DNA of 64,000 nt from a bacterium (GCA_003252295.1 QKEV01000017.1:100488-164487), one strand, 5' to 3'. Shown: positions 39,076-49,675, counted from the first letter of the stretch. Made by a program: numbers and translations. The notes: generated by a model not told the origin, from the sequence alone.

Positions 39076-40746
39076 CTAGTCGTCGTAAATAGTTTCGCCT
39101 AATACTCGTCGCACCTCATCAAGTGAGGTGACACCGTTGAGTGCCTTGAGCACAGCATCCTCACGCATTGAAAGAAAACCTTGCTGTTTTCGTGCCTCAT
39201 CTTCAAGTTCTCGTGTGGTGAGGTTGTCTCGTATTGCCTGTTCAATATCTCTTGTTGAGAATACGGTCTCGTATACACCAACACGTCCCTTGTAGCAGAA
39301 ATTTGTTTCCTCTTCTGGAATCCAAACGTAGTCAATGTTTTGAGGTATGAGTGATTTATCATGAACAAGGTTGAGTATTTTTTCAACAAACTCCCTATCT
39401 TTTCCTTCAAGAGGAATCTTCTTACTTTTTTCTGGAACTAGTCGTCGCACAAGACGTTGTGCCATAACAGCGTTCACTGCTGAACCAGCCATACTTGGTT
39501 GGATGTTCATGTCGATGAGGCGGGGGAATGCACCTGCTGCATTATTGGTGTGGAGTGTTGAGAACACAAGGTGACCAGTGAGGGCAGCATGAATAGCAGT
39601 GCTTGCAACTTCTTCATCTCGAATCTCACCAACCATAATGATATCAGGATCTTGTCGGAGTGCACTTCGAAGTCCTGAAGCAAAGGTGTAGTTTTTATGA
39701 TCTACCTGTGTCTGTACGATGCCGTCAAGGTGGTACTCGATAGGGTCCTCAATGGTAAGAATTTTTATCCCTGGTGTCACCACGCGTTTGAGGAAGGCGT
39801 AGAGGGTGGTTGTTTTTCCTGAGCCGGTAGGTCCAGTGTTCAAGATCATACCGTTTGGTTTACGTATCTCTACCATGAGTTTCTCGAGGAGCTCTGGCTT
39901 AATACCGAGTTCTTCAAGCGGAAGACCAATAGAGTATGGGTCAAGGAGACGAAGTACGATAGTTTCTCCATTTCCTTCTGGAAGAACTGAGGTACGAAGT
40001 TCAATCTCTTTTTCACCAATAATGAGGCTGAAACGACCATCTTGAGGTGCGTTTTTTATATTTATCTTAAGTCCTGAGAGGAGTTTGATTCGCGTGAGAG
40101 CAGAATCATATGTTTCTTTATCAAGTGTTGTTATTTCAACAAGTACACCGTCAAGACGGAAGCGTATCATGACATCCTCATCGCGAGGTTCAAAATGTAC
40201 ATCAGAAGCATCGTTTGAGAGTGCACCAGCAATAATAACTTCGAGTACTCGTGAGGTGCGATACTGTCGCTCCATTTCAAGTGCTCCTTTGATGGCACCA
40301 CGAACCCGTTCAACAGTTGTAAGTTTTCCTTGGAGGTTTTGTACTTCTTCATTTGAAATATTTAGAACACCGTAGCTTGATTCAACAGCGAGAGAAAGAT
40401 CTTTGTAGTGTGACCAAGCATGTTCAAGTGAGGCGAGACTTACCATGTGAGGTATGACCTTGTAACCCATTTCTTCTATATTCCTGATAGCTTTCTGTGT
40501 TACCGCTGAGTTTGGTGTACGGAGTGCAAGAGCAATAGTGTTGCCTTGCATTTGGAATGCAGCCACTTCCGCATCGTGGGCATCTTTTTCTGAAACAATA
40601 CGAAGCGCTTTTGTGCTTATCTCTGCAGTCTGTAGGTTGATATATTTTAAACCGTATTTTTTTGAGAGTATGGTAACGAGATCCTCCTCTTCTTTTTTTC
40701 GGAGCTCTTCTAACTTCTCCTTCGATGTTTCGTTTAGTGCTGTCAT
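39076..40746 (-). CDS. pilB: GspE/PilB type IV pilus assembly ATPase
   Basis: ASDVHFEP, PQDGRF, GPTGSGKTTTLY, EDPIEY, LRQDPD, GEIRD, STLHTN, AQRLVR. Confidence 0.9.
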   Translation of the reverse strand: MTALNETSKEKLEELRKKEEEDLVTILSKKYGLKYINLQTAEISTKALRIVSEKDAHDAEVAAFQMQGNTIALALRTPNSAVTQKAIRNIEEMGYKVIPHMVSLASLEHAWSHYKDLSLAVESSYGVLNISNEEVQNLQGKLTTVERVRGAIKGALEMERQYRTSRVLEVIIAGALSNDASDVHFEPRDEDVMIRFRLDGVLVEITTLDKETYDSALTRIKLLSGLKINIKNAPQDGRFSLIIGEKEIELRTSVLPEGNGETIVLRLLDPYSIGLPLEELGIKPELLEKLMVEIRKPNGMILNTGPTGSGKTTTLYAFLKRVVTPGIKILTIEDPIEYHLDGIVQTQVDHKNYTFASGLRSALRQDPDIIMVGEIRDEEVASTAIHAALTGHLVFSTLHTNNAAGAFPRLIDMNIQPSMAGSAVNAVMAQRLVRRLVPEKSKKIPLEGKDREFVEKILNLVHDKSLIPQNIDYVWIPEEETNFCYKGRVGVYETVFSTRDIEQAIRDNLTTRELEDEARKQQGFLSMREDAVLKALNGVTSLDEVRRVLGETIYDD

Positions 40747-40876
40747 ATGTACCACCTATTGTATCGTTTTTTGCATGGTAAGCGAAATAAGAAGACAACA
40801 GTATCCGTAAAAACATCACAGTACCCACTGTGTGTCTGTCGGGGTTTTTAGTAAGTGCGTGTATAATAGTGTCACT

Positions 40877-41359
40877 ATGAAGGAGGTACTAACGCGTGCG
40901 CCAAACGAAACTGAAAGACTTGCGGCACATATCGTGTTTCATTTAAAAGGTGACGGTAGGGAAGAGCGAGGCACGAGTACTATTGTTGCACTACAGGGGA
41001 ACTTAGGAGCAGGAAAAACAGTGTTTGTGAAAGGTGCTGCGGAGAGTTTAGGAATAGACGATACTATAACGAGTCCAACATTCGTCATCGTTAAAATGTA
41101 TCCAATCGGTATTGATGTGCCATGGAAGCAGTTAGTACACATTGACGCATATCGTCTTGAGAGTGAAAAAGAACTCAACAGTATAGATTGGAAAACACTT
41201 GCCTCAGATCCTAAAAACCTGATTTTTATAGAATGGCCTGAACAGGTGGGACTCGGTGTACCTGAACGCGCATTGTGGCTCGAGTTTGAAGCGGTTGATG
41301 AGGATACTCGTAAAATTGTCTTACCAGATACCGTGTCTTTACCTGAACACTTCGTATAG
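40877..41359 (+). CDS. tsaE: t6A biosynthesis ATPase TsaE
   Basis: GNLGAGKT, SPTF, HIDAYRL, IEWPE. Confidence 0.96.
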   Translation: MKEVLTRAPNETERLAAHIVFHLKGDGREERGTSTIVALQGNLGAGKTVFVKGAAESLGIDDTITSPTFVIVKMYPIGIDVPWKQLVHIDAYRLESEKELNSIDWKTLASDPKNLIFIEWPEQVGLGVPERALWLEFEAVDEDTRKIVLPDTVSLPEHFV

Positions 41360-41418
41360 CTCATATTGCACACTTTGTGAAGTTGTAGAGGGGACGTTCA
41401 ACCTGTACCGTAGAAAGT

Positions 41419-43779
41419 ATGAAAAAAGATGCAAAGAAACAGCGTGTTGTCCTTCTCGATACGCACGCAATCTTGTATCGTGCGTACCATGCGCTACCTG
41501 ATTTTACTTCACCAAAGGGAGCTCCAACAGGAGCACTCTATGGACTCACTGCGTTTCTCATAAAGATCTTACATGAACTCGATCCTGATTATGTGGTGGC
41601 AGCGTATGACCTACCCGAACCAACACACAGACATGAAGCTTTCTCTGAGTATAAAGCGACACGTAAGGAGACAGATGATGCACTTATCCAGCAGATCATT
41701 GCATCTCGTAGCATACTTGAAGCGTTCTCTGTTCCATACATTGAGGCTCCTGGATATGAAGCAGATGATGTTATTGGTACGCTCGCAAAAACATTTAAAA
41801 AAGATAAGGATGTTGAGGTACTTATTGCCTCAGGTGATATGGATACCTTGCAGTTGGTGGATGGTGATAAGGTGAAGGTATACACCCTTAAGAAGGGAAT
41901 AAATGACACTATTGTTTACAATGAAGCAGCAGTGAAGGAACGCTATGGTTTCGGTCCTGAGTTCATTACTGACTATAAAGGTCTTCGAGGCGACCCGTCA
42001 GACAATATTCCTGGTATTCGTGGGATAGGAGAAAAAACAGCAACAACACTCATAACGAGTTTTGGTGATCTGGACGGTATCTATACCACACTTGAGAAAC
42101 ATCCTGAAAAATTCAAAGAGGTAAAAATAACACCACGCATCATGAATCTCCTTACTGAAGGTGAGGATGATGCCCGTTTCAGTAAAGAGCTTGCAACTAT
42201 TGATTGTGATGTTGAAGTAAAGAAACCACCTCTTACAAAGCGATGGGAAGAGAGTATGGTGCTTGAAAATATTCTTACACAATTTGAAGAGTTTGGTTTT
42301 AGGACACTTGCTGGACGCTTGAGTAATCGATTAGCTTCTACAGGAACTACGACAATGGAAAAAGAGGAAAAGGTGGATGAACAGACACTTGAGGAGACTG
42401 CACTCATGCTTTGGGTGTTGCGTAGTGATATCACTACGCCAACAAAAGAGGATGTTTTAGGGTACGCAAACACAACCTCGTTTATAAAAGCGAGAGAACT
42501 ACTCTTCAAAGAGCTAGAGGAGAATGGTTTGCGGGAGGTGTATGAAAACATTGAATTACCGCTCATACCTATTGTAAAGAAAATGGAGAAACGAGGCATA
42601 CTACTCGATGTCGCGTACCTCGAGAAACTTTCAAAACAGTACCATAAGGAACTTACTGCACTTGAAAAAGGAATCTTTAAAGACACAGGGACAGAGTTTA
42701 ACATCAACTCTCCAAAGCAGCTCGGAGAGGTGCTCTTCGATACACTTGGTATTGGCGGCGGGAAAGGGAAGAAAACAGCTACCGGTCAACGATCAACCCG
42801 TGAAGATGAGTTGAGGAAGTATGAGCAGGAGCATCCTGTCATCACCAAGATACTCGAATACCGTGAGCTCCAGAAACTGCTCTCTACCTACGTAGACAAT
42901 CTGCCAACTATGACCGATGCCGATAATCGGCTCCATGCTCATTTCTTACAGTCAGGTACCACGACTGGTCGTATGTCGAGCTCTGCACCAAACATGCAAA
43001 ACATTCCTATTCGCACCGAGCGTGGCGCTAAGATGCGAAATGCTATAACTGTGTCAAAAGGGTATACACTCTTGGCTGCTGACTACTCACAGATCGAGCT
43101 GCGTGTCGCAGCATTCATATCAGGTGACGAGAAGCTTATTGCTTACTTCAAAGAGAACCTTGATATTCATACCGCTGTTGCAGCGCAGGTGTTTGGTGTT
43201 GAACATGATGAGGTAACATCACAGATGCGACGTGATGCAAAAGCGATAAACTTCGGCATCCTCTATGGTATGGGTGCAAATGCACTTGCAGCTTCGACAG
43301 GTACGACACCGAAAGAAGCGCGCACGTACCTCAATGAGTACTTCGATCGTTTCTCCGGAATAGCGCAGTTCATTGAAGATACCAAGAACAAGGTGCACCG
43401 TGATGGATATACGGAAACCTGGTTTGGTAGGAGGCGTTACTTTGAGACCATCACCTCACCACTGCCGTATGTGCGTGCACAAGCGGAACGCATGGCACTG
43501 AACGCCCCGATACAGGGAACCTCTGCCGATATTATTAAGATTGCCATGAAGCGCATGGATGATCTCTTGGTGCAGAAGAAGCTCCAGAACAGTGTATTTC
43601 TTGTAGCACAGGTCCACGATGAACTACTCTACGAGGTGCGAGACGATAAGGTGCTCGAGGTACAGGAGCTTCTACGTGAGACAATGGAGTCAGCTATGGA
43701 TTTGAAGGATACGAAAGGAGTACCGCTCAAGGTTGATGTCGAGATTGGTCCAAACTGGGGAGAAATGAAAAAAGTCTAG
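41419..43779 (+). CDS. polA: DNA polymerase I (reduced 3'-5' exonuclease region)
   Basis: 5'-3' exonuclease (YEADD, GDPSDNIPG) and PolA motifs DYSQIELR, KAINFGILYG, QVHDEL. Confidence 0.97.
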   Translation: MKKDAKKQRVVLLDTHAILYRAYHALPDFTSPKGAPTGALYGLTAFLIKILHELDPDYVVAAYDLPEPTHRHEAFSEYKATRKETDDALIQQIIASRSILEAFSVPYIEAPGYEADDVIGTLAKTFKKDKDVEVLIASGDMDTLQLVDGDKVKVYTLKKGINDTIVYNEAAVKERYGFGPEFITDYKGLRGDPSDNIPGIRGIGEKTATTLITSFGDLDGIYTTLEKHPEKFKEVKITPRIMNLLTEGEDDARFSKELATIDCDVEVKKPPLTKRWEESMVLENILTQFEEFGFRTLAGRLSNRLASTGTTTMEKEEKVDEQTLEETALMLWVLRSDITTPTKEDVLGYANTTSFIKARELLFKELEENGLREVYENIELPLIPIVKKMEKRGILLDVAYLEKLSKQYHKELTALEKGIFKDTGTEFNINSPKQLGEVLFDTLGIGGGKGKKTATGQRSTREDELRKYEQEHPVITKILEYRELQKLLSTYVDNLPTMTDADNRLHAHFLQSGTTTGRMSSSAPNMQNIPIRTERGAKMRNAITVSKGYTLLAADYSQIELRVAAFISGDEKLIAYFKENLDIHTAVAAQVFGVEHDEVTSQMRRDAKAINFGILYGMGANALAASTGTTPKEARTYLNEYFDRFSGIAQFIEDTKNKVHRDGYTETWFGRRRYFETITSPLPYVRAQAERMALNAPIQGTSADIIKIAMKRMDDLLVQKKLQNSVFLVAQVHDELLYEVRDDKVLEVQELLRETMESAMDLKDTKGVPLKVDVEIGPNWGEMKKV

Positions 43780-43780
43780 T

Positions 43781-44497
43781 ATGCTTTTTGTGATTCATGG
43801 TACTGATAACGTGAAGGTTGCAGACAAGACTGCTAAGTTGGTTGCATCATTGCTTTCAAAAAAACCTGACGCACAGGTATTCTACTTTGATGATGGAGAA
43901 CTGGAGGAAGCAGAGCTCGATGCACTCACTGGTGCACAAGGTTTGTTTGTAGAAAAGCATATTGTTGTTTTGAAGCAACCATTCATAAACGAACAAGCGA
44001 AAGAGGTGGTGCTCAAACGGTTACCTCTTTTCAAAGCGTCGCAAAACATCATTGTGCTTGCAGAAGGGAAACTGCTTGCTGCTGATAAGAAGAAGCTTGA
44101 GAAGCATGCTGAAAAAATTGAAGAGCATGAAGCGGTGAAGGAGAAAGCAGTCGCACCGTTCAATGTGTTTGCTCTTGGGGACGCACTTGGTGTGCGGGAT
44201 AAACGTGGCTTGTGGACGCTCTATGTTCAGGCCCTACGGGCAGGATTAGAAGTGCAGAGTGTACACGGCACCCTGCACTGGGCTGTGCGCTCCTTGCTTG
44301 CAGCACAACATGCCGCTGTGCCGGAGGAAGCAGGTCAGAAACCGTTCATGTACTCGAAGTATAAGCGGTACCTTGCAAACTACAGTACTCATGAGGTGCA
44401 AGAACTCTCGCATGACCTCATACGTCTCTACCATGATGCACGGAGGGGGAAGGGTGACCTCAAGGTTACCCTTGAACGATGGATACTCACACTGTAG
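43781..44497 (+). CDS. holA: DNA polymerase III delta subunit-like
   Basis: FVIHG.D, GLF.EK.IV, FNVFALGDA; follows polA. Confidence 0.75.
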   Translation: MLFVIHGTDNVKVADKTAKLVASLLSKKPDAQVFYFDDGELEEAELDALTGAQGLFVEKHIVVLKQPFINEQAKEVVLKRLPLFKASQNIIVLAEGKLLAADKKKLEKHAEKIEEHEAVKEKAVAPFNVFALGDALGVRDKRGLWTLYVQALRAGLEVQSVHGTLHWAVRSLLAAQHAAVPEEAGQKPFMYSKYKRYLANYSTHEVQELSHDLIRLYHDARRGKGDLKVTLERWILTL

Positions 44498-44624
44498 GTA
44501 TATAATTAATTACATACCTAATTATATACCTGCTCCTGTGTAAAAATCAAATCTTGACCCAGAAGGTGTTTTCGGGTTTTATAGTGTCAGACAGAGGGAT
44601 TTTTAATAACATAACCAGGGAGGA

Positions 44625-44777
44625 ATGACTGTGGAAAAGGGGGATCCAGCAAAACTCATACCTATTGGCGATATCAAAGAATTACCTCATGGGGACAGGA
44701 TATTTCTGCATGAGCAGGGAGTGAGTCTAGGTTACTTTGAATCAGTAACCGATTCATTTGTTGTTCGGGGCGCTTGA
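44625..44777 (+). CDS. Small SD-led ORF (50 aa), possibly a truncated gene
   Basis: GGGAGGA SD before ATG/GTG; frame stays open for 28 codons after the TGA. Confidence 0.35.
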   Translation: MTVEKGDPAKLIPIGDIKELPHGDRIFLHEQGVSLGYFESVTDSFVVRGA

Positions 44778-44875
44778 AGTGAACAAGCACTTTACCGCGG
44801 TCGCGGTACGATACTGCGCTTATGGGATAAGATTCCTGGAACCGGTCTTGTGACCAATGCATAACACTCTGTGTA

Positions 44876-44908
44876 ACGCACTGCCTCATGGGCAGTGCGT
44901 ACTCTTTT
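44876..44908 (+). terminator. Intrinsic terminator
   Basis: ACGCACTGCC-tcatg-GGCAGTGCGT plus T tract. Confidence 0.65.
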
Positions 44909-44990
44909 GCATTGACTTTTTGATATTTTACTGTTTTATGGTGTCAGGTTGAAACAGTGAAAGTGAATAATAAAAAGGGGAGGAAAAAGG

Positions 44991-45560
44991 ATGATTCAGG
45001 AAAAAGATGTACAGATTGTGCAAGATATTCTGGATACTGCGTCACAGCTGTTTGATACTGATTGGAGGAAGTTTGCTTCCGGGATAGTTTTGAATGATGG
45101 TAATGCGCGAAAGTATCAAGGTTTTTTTGCTTGCTGTGTTGAGGTACCACTCTTTGAAGGTGAAGAGTCAGAGAGGTTTTGCCTCGACCCGGTAGGTATG
45201 TTGCCGGACTTCTATGTGTCTACAAACACGCTCGATACCAAGTTTGATATCTTAACCTACAACCAGCTGTTTCTCTGCAGTATGGAAGGACGTGACCCGT
45301 TAAAAGGCCGTTGGGGTGGGGCAGTACGTTCTTACGTAAATCCCAGAAAAAGGTACGGAGGTACAGGGTTGCCGGAGACGGTAGATAACCTTACTATTGC
45401 TGGCAATATGTTTCGATACAAGGAGTTGACGCAAGCTGTGTATGAGTATGTAGTCGGATGGAAATCCCCTCATGTGCAGGCAGCATGTTTGTACGTTGGT
45501 ATGGAGCAAGAGGGTTACACTGCTCTCAGGAACTACATCGAACGTCTCACAATCAAGTAA
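44991..45560 (+). CDS. Hypothetical protein
   Basis: 189-aa ORF with GGGGAGG SD, followed by a terminator hairpin at ~45582-45619. Confidence 0.65.
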   Translation: MIQEKDVQIVQDILDTASQLFDTDWRKFASGIVLNDGNARKYQGFFACCVEVPLFEGEESERFCLDPVGMLPDFYVSTNTLDTKFDILTYNQLFLCSMEGRDPLKGRWGGAVRSYVNPRKRYGGTGLPETVDNLTIAGNMFRYKELTQAVYEYVVGWKSPHVQAACLYVGMEQEGYTALRNYIERLTIK

Positions 45561-45650
45561 CTTTGTTGCCAGAGAGGTAACAACACGCACTGTCTTTCGA
45601 TGGTGCGTGTTTTGTTTTTGAGAAGGAGGTGTGGTGATAGTATTTAAAAT

Positions 45651-46454
45651 ATGGAAGAACAAGAAAACAATGTAAACTCTCTGCAAACTGAAAAGCAAAA
45701 CGCTTTCAATACTGTGACACCACTATCAAGAACTTTGGCACTGGTGCTTTTTGTTGCACTGCCGTTTGTCGGGTTCTGGTTGGGGTATAGATTTGCACCA
45801 GAGAAGGTGGTGGAGATAGAAAAACTTACCGAGAAAACTGATGTTGTTCAAAATGAAGAAAATATAGTTACGTATGAAGAATGTGCTGGTATGGGTGGTG
45901 CAATTAATAATCTTACTAATGACTGTTGGGTAAATGGCGAGATAATTAAAACACCTTACAGCCGTAAACTTGATGAGAATTCTGATACACACAAAAATCT
46001 TTTGACGTTAGATGATGTTTTTGCTCTTATAGAGCTCGCACAAGTAACAGGTGATTATTCTTTATGTGAAAAAACCGAAACCCATCGAAAACGCTGTATA
46101 GCAGAAGTCGAGCTTCAACAAACAATACTACATAACTATGGTTGCAATGATAGTACCTCATGTAACAATCCAGAGTGTTACGCATATATGGGCTGTGGAG
46201 GTGGAGGTGGTGATGATGCTGTAGGGTGTTCAGTCCAAGAATACTGTGCTGTTGATCAATCTTGGTTGTGTGGAAAGACGGGTGGAGTGGGAGGAACAAA
46301 AGATGGTTTTAATTGTGTTTGTCCTGAGGGAAGCAATTTTATAAAAGGGTATGGTTGTGCTAAATGTAGTGATTTTGCACATGAAGAAACACGTTCATAT
46401 TGTGAAAATGGTGTTAGTTATTTCCAGTATCTATATGCAGAAGGAGGGGAGTAG
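45651..46454 (+). CDS. Membrane-anchored Cys-rich surface protein
   Basis: TVTPLSRTLALVLFVALPFVGFWLG anchor; many Cys in the C-terminal half. Confidence 0.75.
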   Translation: MEEQENNVNSLQTEKQNAFNTVTPLSRTLALVLFVALPFVGFWLGYRFAPEKVVEIEKLTEKTDVVQNEENIVTYEECAGMGGAINNLTNDCWVNGEIIKTPYSRKLDENSDTHKNLLTLDDVFALIELAQVTGDYSLCEKTETHRKRCIAEVELQQTILHNYGCNDSTSCNNPECYAYMGCGGGGGDDAVGCSVQEYCAVDQSWLCGKTGGVGGTKDGFNCVCPEGSNFIKGYGCAKCSDFAHEETRSYCENGVSYFQYLYAEGGE

Positions 46455-46460
46455 TTTCCA

Positions 46461-46541
46461 ATTCTAACCAATAGGGATTACTTACAACAACTGTCTGAGC
46501 AGATGCCGTTTGTACAGTTCCTACACAAAACAGAAATTTAA
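46461..46541 (+). repeat. Island repeat copy R1 (partial; ILTNRDYLQQLSEQMPFVQFL)
   Basis: Aligns with R2-R4 but lacks the att-like core. Confidence 0.9.
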
Positions 46542-46560
46542 TTGTGATATTATTTTATGT

Positions 46561-47310
46561 ATGGTTAATAAATTCGTATTAAAAGCACCCTATTCACTAT
46601 ACTTGTTTTATGCAGTTTTACTTGGAGCACTTGCTGTGTTTCTTTTTTATGTTGGGGCAATGGAGGGGTTTTATGCTGTCGTGACTTTTGTAATATTTCT
46701 GTTTTTTTTTACAAGTAATGTACAAGTGAAGGTTACAGACACTACACTTGTAATACAAAATAAGTACCGCAGACAGAAAATAATACAATTCAATAACATT
46801 TCCTTGATCAGTCAACTTATGGGAGTGTCGTCACCAGACTATATTCCCATACAAGATGTACCTCAGGGTTTAGCTGTAACGTTAAAAAGTGGTGAAATTG
46901 TTACTATATCTCTCACAATGTACGACATAAAGGACATACATACATTTCTCTCATTACTATCTGGTTTATTACCAGAAAACAGTTTTGATGCAAATATTAA
47001 GAAGGATATTGTTTCAAAAACATACATAAAGGCAAGCAAAAGGGCTGTTTTTGGTATACTGGTGTCAGTGGTTGGGATTGTAGGTTTCTTTATAAGTGGT
47101 AATAAATTAGGTTATTTTGGGAGGAAGATTGTATTTAACTCACTAGATGATGTTATTGCCATAGTTGTTCCCTTGTCTTTTTTGGTTCTGTCGTTTTTTG
47201 GGATTGGTTACATGGTGGAAGGTAAAAAAACAGGAGTTAGACTTATAGAATATTTTCTACTCACTTTTGTCATTTTTGGTCTATTAGGGTGGATGTTTAT
47301 TTGGGATTAA
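46561..47310 (+). CDS. Hypothetical membrane protein (bPH-like central region)
   Basis: Two N-terminal and three C-terminal TM helices. Confidence 0.7.
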   Translation: MVNKFVLKAPYSLYLFYAVLLGALAVFLFYVGAMEGFYAVVTFVIFLFFFTSNVQVKVTDTTLVIQNKYRRQKIIQFNNISLISQLMGVSSPDYIPIQDVPQGLAVTLKSGEIVTISLTMYDIKDIHTFLSLLSGLLPENSFDANIKKDIVSKTYIKASKRAVFGILVSVVGIVGFFISGNKLGYFGRKIVFNSLDDVIAIVVPLSFLVLSFFGIGYMVEGKKTGVRLIEYFLLTFVIFGLLGWMFIWD

Positions 47311-47424
47311 TTTGTCCCATTTTCGAAGCCCTTTTGGAGTATGAAGCGGTACTTATAAAAAACTCTGAACACTCCAAACGCCAAAAGAACGCGGAGAATG
47401 GTGGGTTCATATTAAGCAATATAA

Positions 47425-47621
47425 TGTCCCCCGAGCAGGGCGTTATTATATGTAACCATATAAACTCCTCAACTCGAAAATACTCAAATCAAAAACTTGA
47501 GTATTTCTCTCGTCCTACGTCGTTTATAACCCTTCTAACCAACAGAGATTACCTACAACAACTGAGTGAACAGATGTTGTTTATTAGGTTTTTGAATAAA
47601 GAAAGTATAAACAGGTGCTAA
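47425..47621 (+). repeat. Island repeat copy R2 (long form with 78-nt in-frame extra segment); possible recombinase C-terminal remnant
   Basis: TGTCCCCCGAGCAGGGCGTTATTATA at 47425 then ITLLTNRDYLQQLSEQMLF; open frame 47289..47621. Confidence 0.85.
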
Positions 47622-47630
47622 AATATAGCA

Positions 47631-48143
47631 ATGAAAGATCAAAGTCATTACAAAAATTTACCAAGAAAACGAGTTCATGTAGTAGCGCTTATTTTCAATG
47701 AAGATGGAAAAATTTTATTAGTAAAGCCAAGTTACAAAGATAAATGGTCACTTCCTGGAGGGTCAGTTGATTTAGATGAATCACCTCGTAATGGTTGTAT
47801 AAGAGAAGTTCAAGAGGAAACAGGTTTGGTTGTTACTGATGCAAAGTTTCTTTGTGTACAATATGTAACTGATACTGAAAAAGGAGATGCACTCTTCTTT
47901 ATGTTTGATTGTGGTGTTGTAAATAACAGTCAATTAATAAGTGTTTCAAAAGAAACTAAAGAGATAGAACAGTGTCAGTTTGTTGATATAGATGAAGTTG
48001 GGTCATATGTACCCGAAGGTGTCGCTACACGCATCACAGCAGGGCTTGATGCTAAAAGTGATACAAGTAAGGGGTATGTTGAGAGGAGATTTGTGAAAAG
48101 AATAGATGAAAAAACTTACACATCTGACATCTTTTCGTCATGA
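47631..48143 (+). CDS. NUDIX hydrolase
   Basis: Nudix box GGSVDLDESPRNGCIREVQEETG. Confidence 0.92.
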   Translation: MKDQSHYKNLPRKRVHVVALIFNEDGKILLVKPSYKDKWSLPGGSVDLDESPRNGCIREVQEETGLVVTDAKFLCVQYVTDTEKGDALFFMFDCGVVNNSQLISVSKETKEIEQCQFVDIDEVGSYVPEGVATRITAGLDAKSDTSKGYVERRFVKRIDEKTYTSDIFSS

Positions 48144-48240
48144 AATGAGAAAATTCTATGAAATGGAAGTATGGTATTCTTATAGAAATACAAGCCTGAT
48201 TGAAATTTGTGTTTAGTGGTTTAATGCATATTTTGTAAAT

Positions 48241-48603
48241 ATGAGATTTTGTAAGAAAAGTATAATTATTTTGCTAGTATCTTCATTTATACTTGGTGTA
48301 ATTCATGAAAGAATACAGAATGAATTTTACATGACTGATGCCATTTTTATATTTTCATTATTTTCCCCTGGTATTATTACTGGTATTATTTTGCTTTTGC
48401 TAAATTATTTACCGATAAAGAAAAGAATGTATGTATTTTTTATATCAGAAATAATATTTGGATTGTCGTATTTTATTATTGGAATGTCTGGCGTTGGTAT
48501 GGACGGATATGGTGGGGAGATTCTTTTTTTAATGATGGCAGTTGCAATGATTGTTTATATTCCCTTTGCACTCTATATTTCAAAATCAATCAGAATAATT
48601 TAA
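48241..48603 (+). CDS. Hypothetical membrane protein (AT-rich)
   Basis: 120 aa, about 4 TM helices. Confidence 0.6.
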   Translation: MRFCKKSIIILLVSSFILGVIHERIQNEFYMTDAIFIFSLFSPGIITGIILLLLNYLPIKKRMYVFFISEIIFGLSYFIIGMSGVGMDGYGGEILFLMMAVAMIVYIPFALYISKSIRII

Positions 48604-48643
48604 ATGATAAAAAACACCTTGATGGTATTTTTTATTTTTTCAT

Positions 48644-48737
48644 TGTCCCCCGAGCAGGGCGTTATTATAACCTTGTTAACTAATAGAAATTACCTACAAC
48701 AACTGAATGAACAGATGTTATTTGTGAGGTTTTTGGA
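48644..48737 (+). repeat. Island repeat copy R3
   Basis: TGTCCCCCGAGCAGGGCGTTATTATAACCTTGTTAACTAATAGAAATTACCTACAACAACTG... Confidence 0.92.
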
Positions 48738-48757
48738 AAGAAATATGAGAGTAAAAT

Positions 48758-49675
48758 CTATCTCATGAGTATCTCAAAGAAATCATGAACAAACTCCGCT
48801 TTTGCAATTTTTTTCACGACCTTCACATTGTTTCTTTTTTCACCCCATAGTCTTCTGTCAGCTACGGTCATGCCACGGGTAAGGTCACTGCTTGTTTCAA
48901 TTTGAATATCCATCGGTTGCGTTTTGTATGCTGAAGGGTTTATAAGGTAGTACGCTGCAAGAGGGTCATACATCAGCGCACCTGAAGTTTTTTCAAAAGT
49001 TTGTATACCTTGTATGTACGAACTCATCATACTTTTAATTGGTTTGTACAAGTTGGTTTTCTTAAGCACATCAAAATCTTGAAGTGTAAAAGATATGTCG
49101 TTGCATACATCAAGTGGAACAAGAATTTTTTTAACACTTGATGTAAAGACAATGTCCGCTGCTTCCGGATCGACAAAGATGTTAAATTCAGCAACCCTGT
49201 TTTTATTTCCAGGAACTTCGATTGCTCCACCCATCATCACAACTTGTTTAATGAGAGAAGGCAATTCTGGATCGAGTATGAACGCCTTGGCAACATTTGT
49301 TTGCGGTCCTATGGTAACCAAAGTAACCTCGTGCGGGTTTGTGCGAACAATTTCGATAATTTTCTCTGGTGCGTTATTTGACAGTGCTTCATGCTTTGTG
49401 ATTTTTGCACCATCAAGACCCTTTTCCCCATGCACATCTGCAAGCACAAGCTCTCTTTGAAGAGGTTTGTTTGCACCTGAGAAAATCGGTGTGATACTGT
49501 TGATCAGATCGAGGGTATACCTCGCATTATTGGTTGCGTTCTCAACAGTGCAGTTTCCTGCGACAGTTGTTATTCCTTTGATGTCAAACATGTCGGACTT
49601 TTCCAGTAGTAGTAGCGCGAGCATATCATCGTGTCCCGGGTCGGTGTCAATGATAACCTTAGGTTTATTTTTCAT
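48758..49675 (-). CDS. Inosine/uridine-preferring nucleoside hydrolase (Rih family)
   Basis: DTDPGHDD, TTVAGN, VHGEKGL, MGG, AEFNIFVDPEAA, YDPLA. Confidence 0.93.
   Translation of the reverse strand: MKNKPKVIIDTDPGHDDMLALLLLEKSDMFDIKGITTVAGNCTVENATNNARYTLDLINSITPIFSGANKPLQRELVLADVHGEKGLDGAKITKHEALSNNAPEKIIEIVRTNPHEVTLVTIGPQTNVAKAFILDPELPSLIKQVVMMGGAIEVPGNKNRVAEFNIFVDPEAADIVFTSSVKKILVPLDVCNDISFTLQDFDVLKKTNLYKPIKSMMSSYIQGIQTFEKTSGALMYDPLAAYYLINPSAYKTQPMDIQIETSSDLTRGMTVADRRLWGEKRNNVKVVKKIAKAEFVHDFFEILMR

Noticed and set aside
41419-43779. Short PolA and short YebC as pseudogenes
   Set aside because: The frames are intact with catalytic and terminal motifs retained; consistent with domain streamlining
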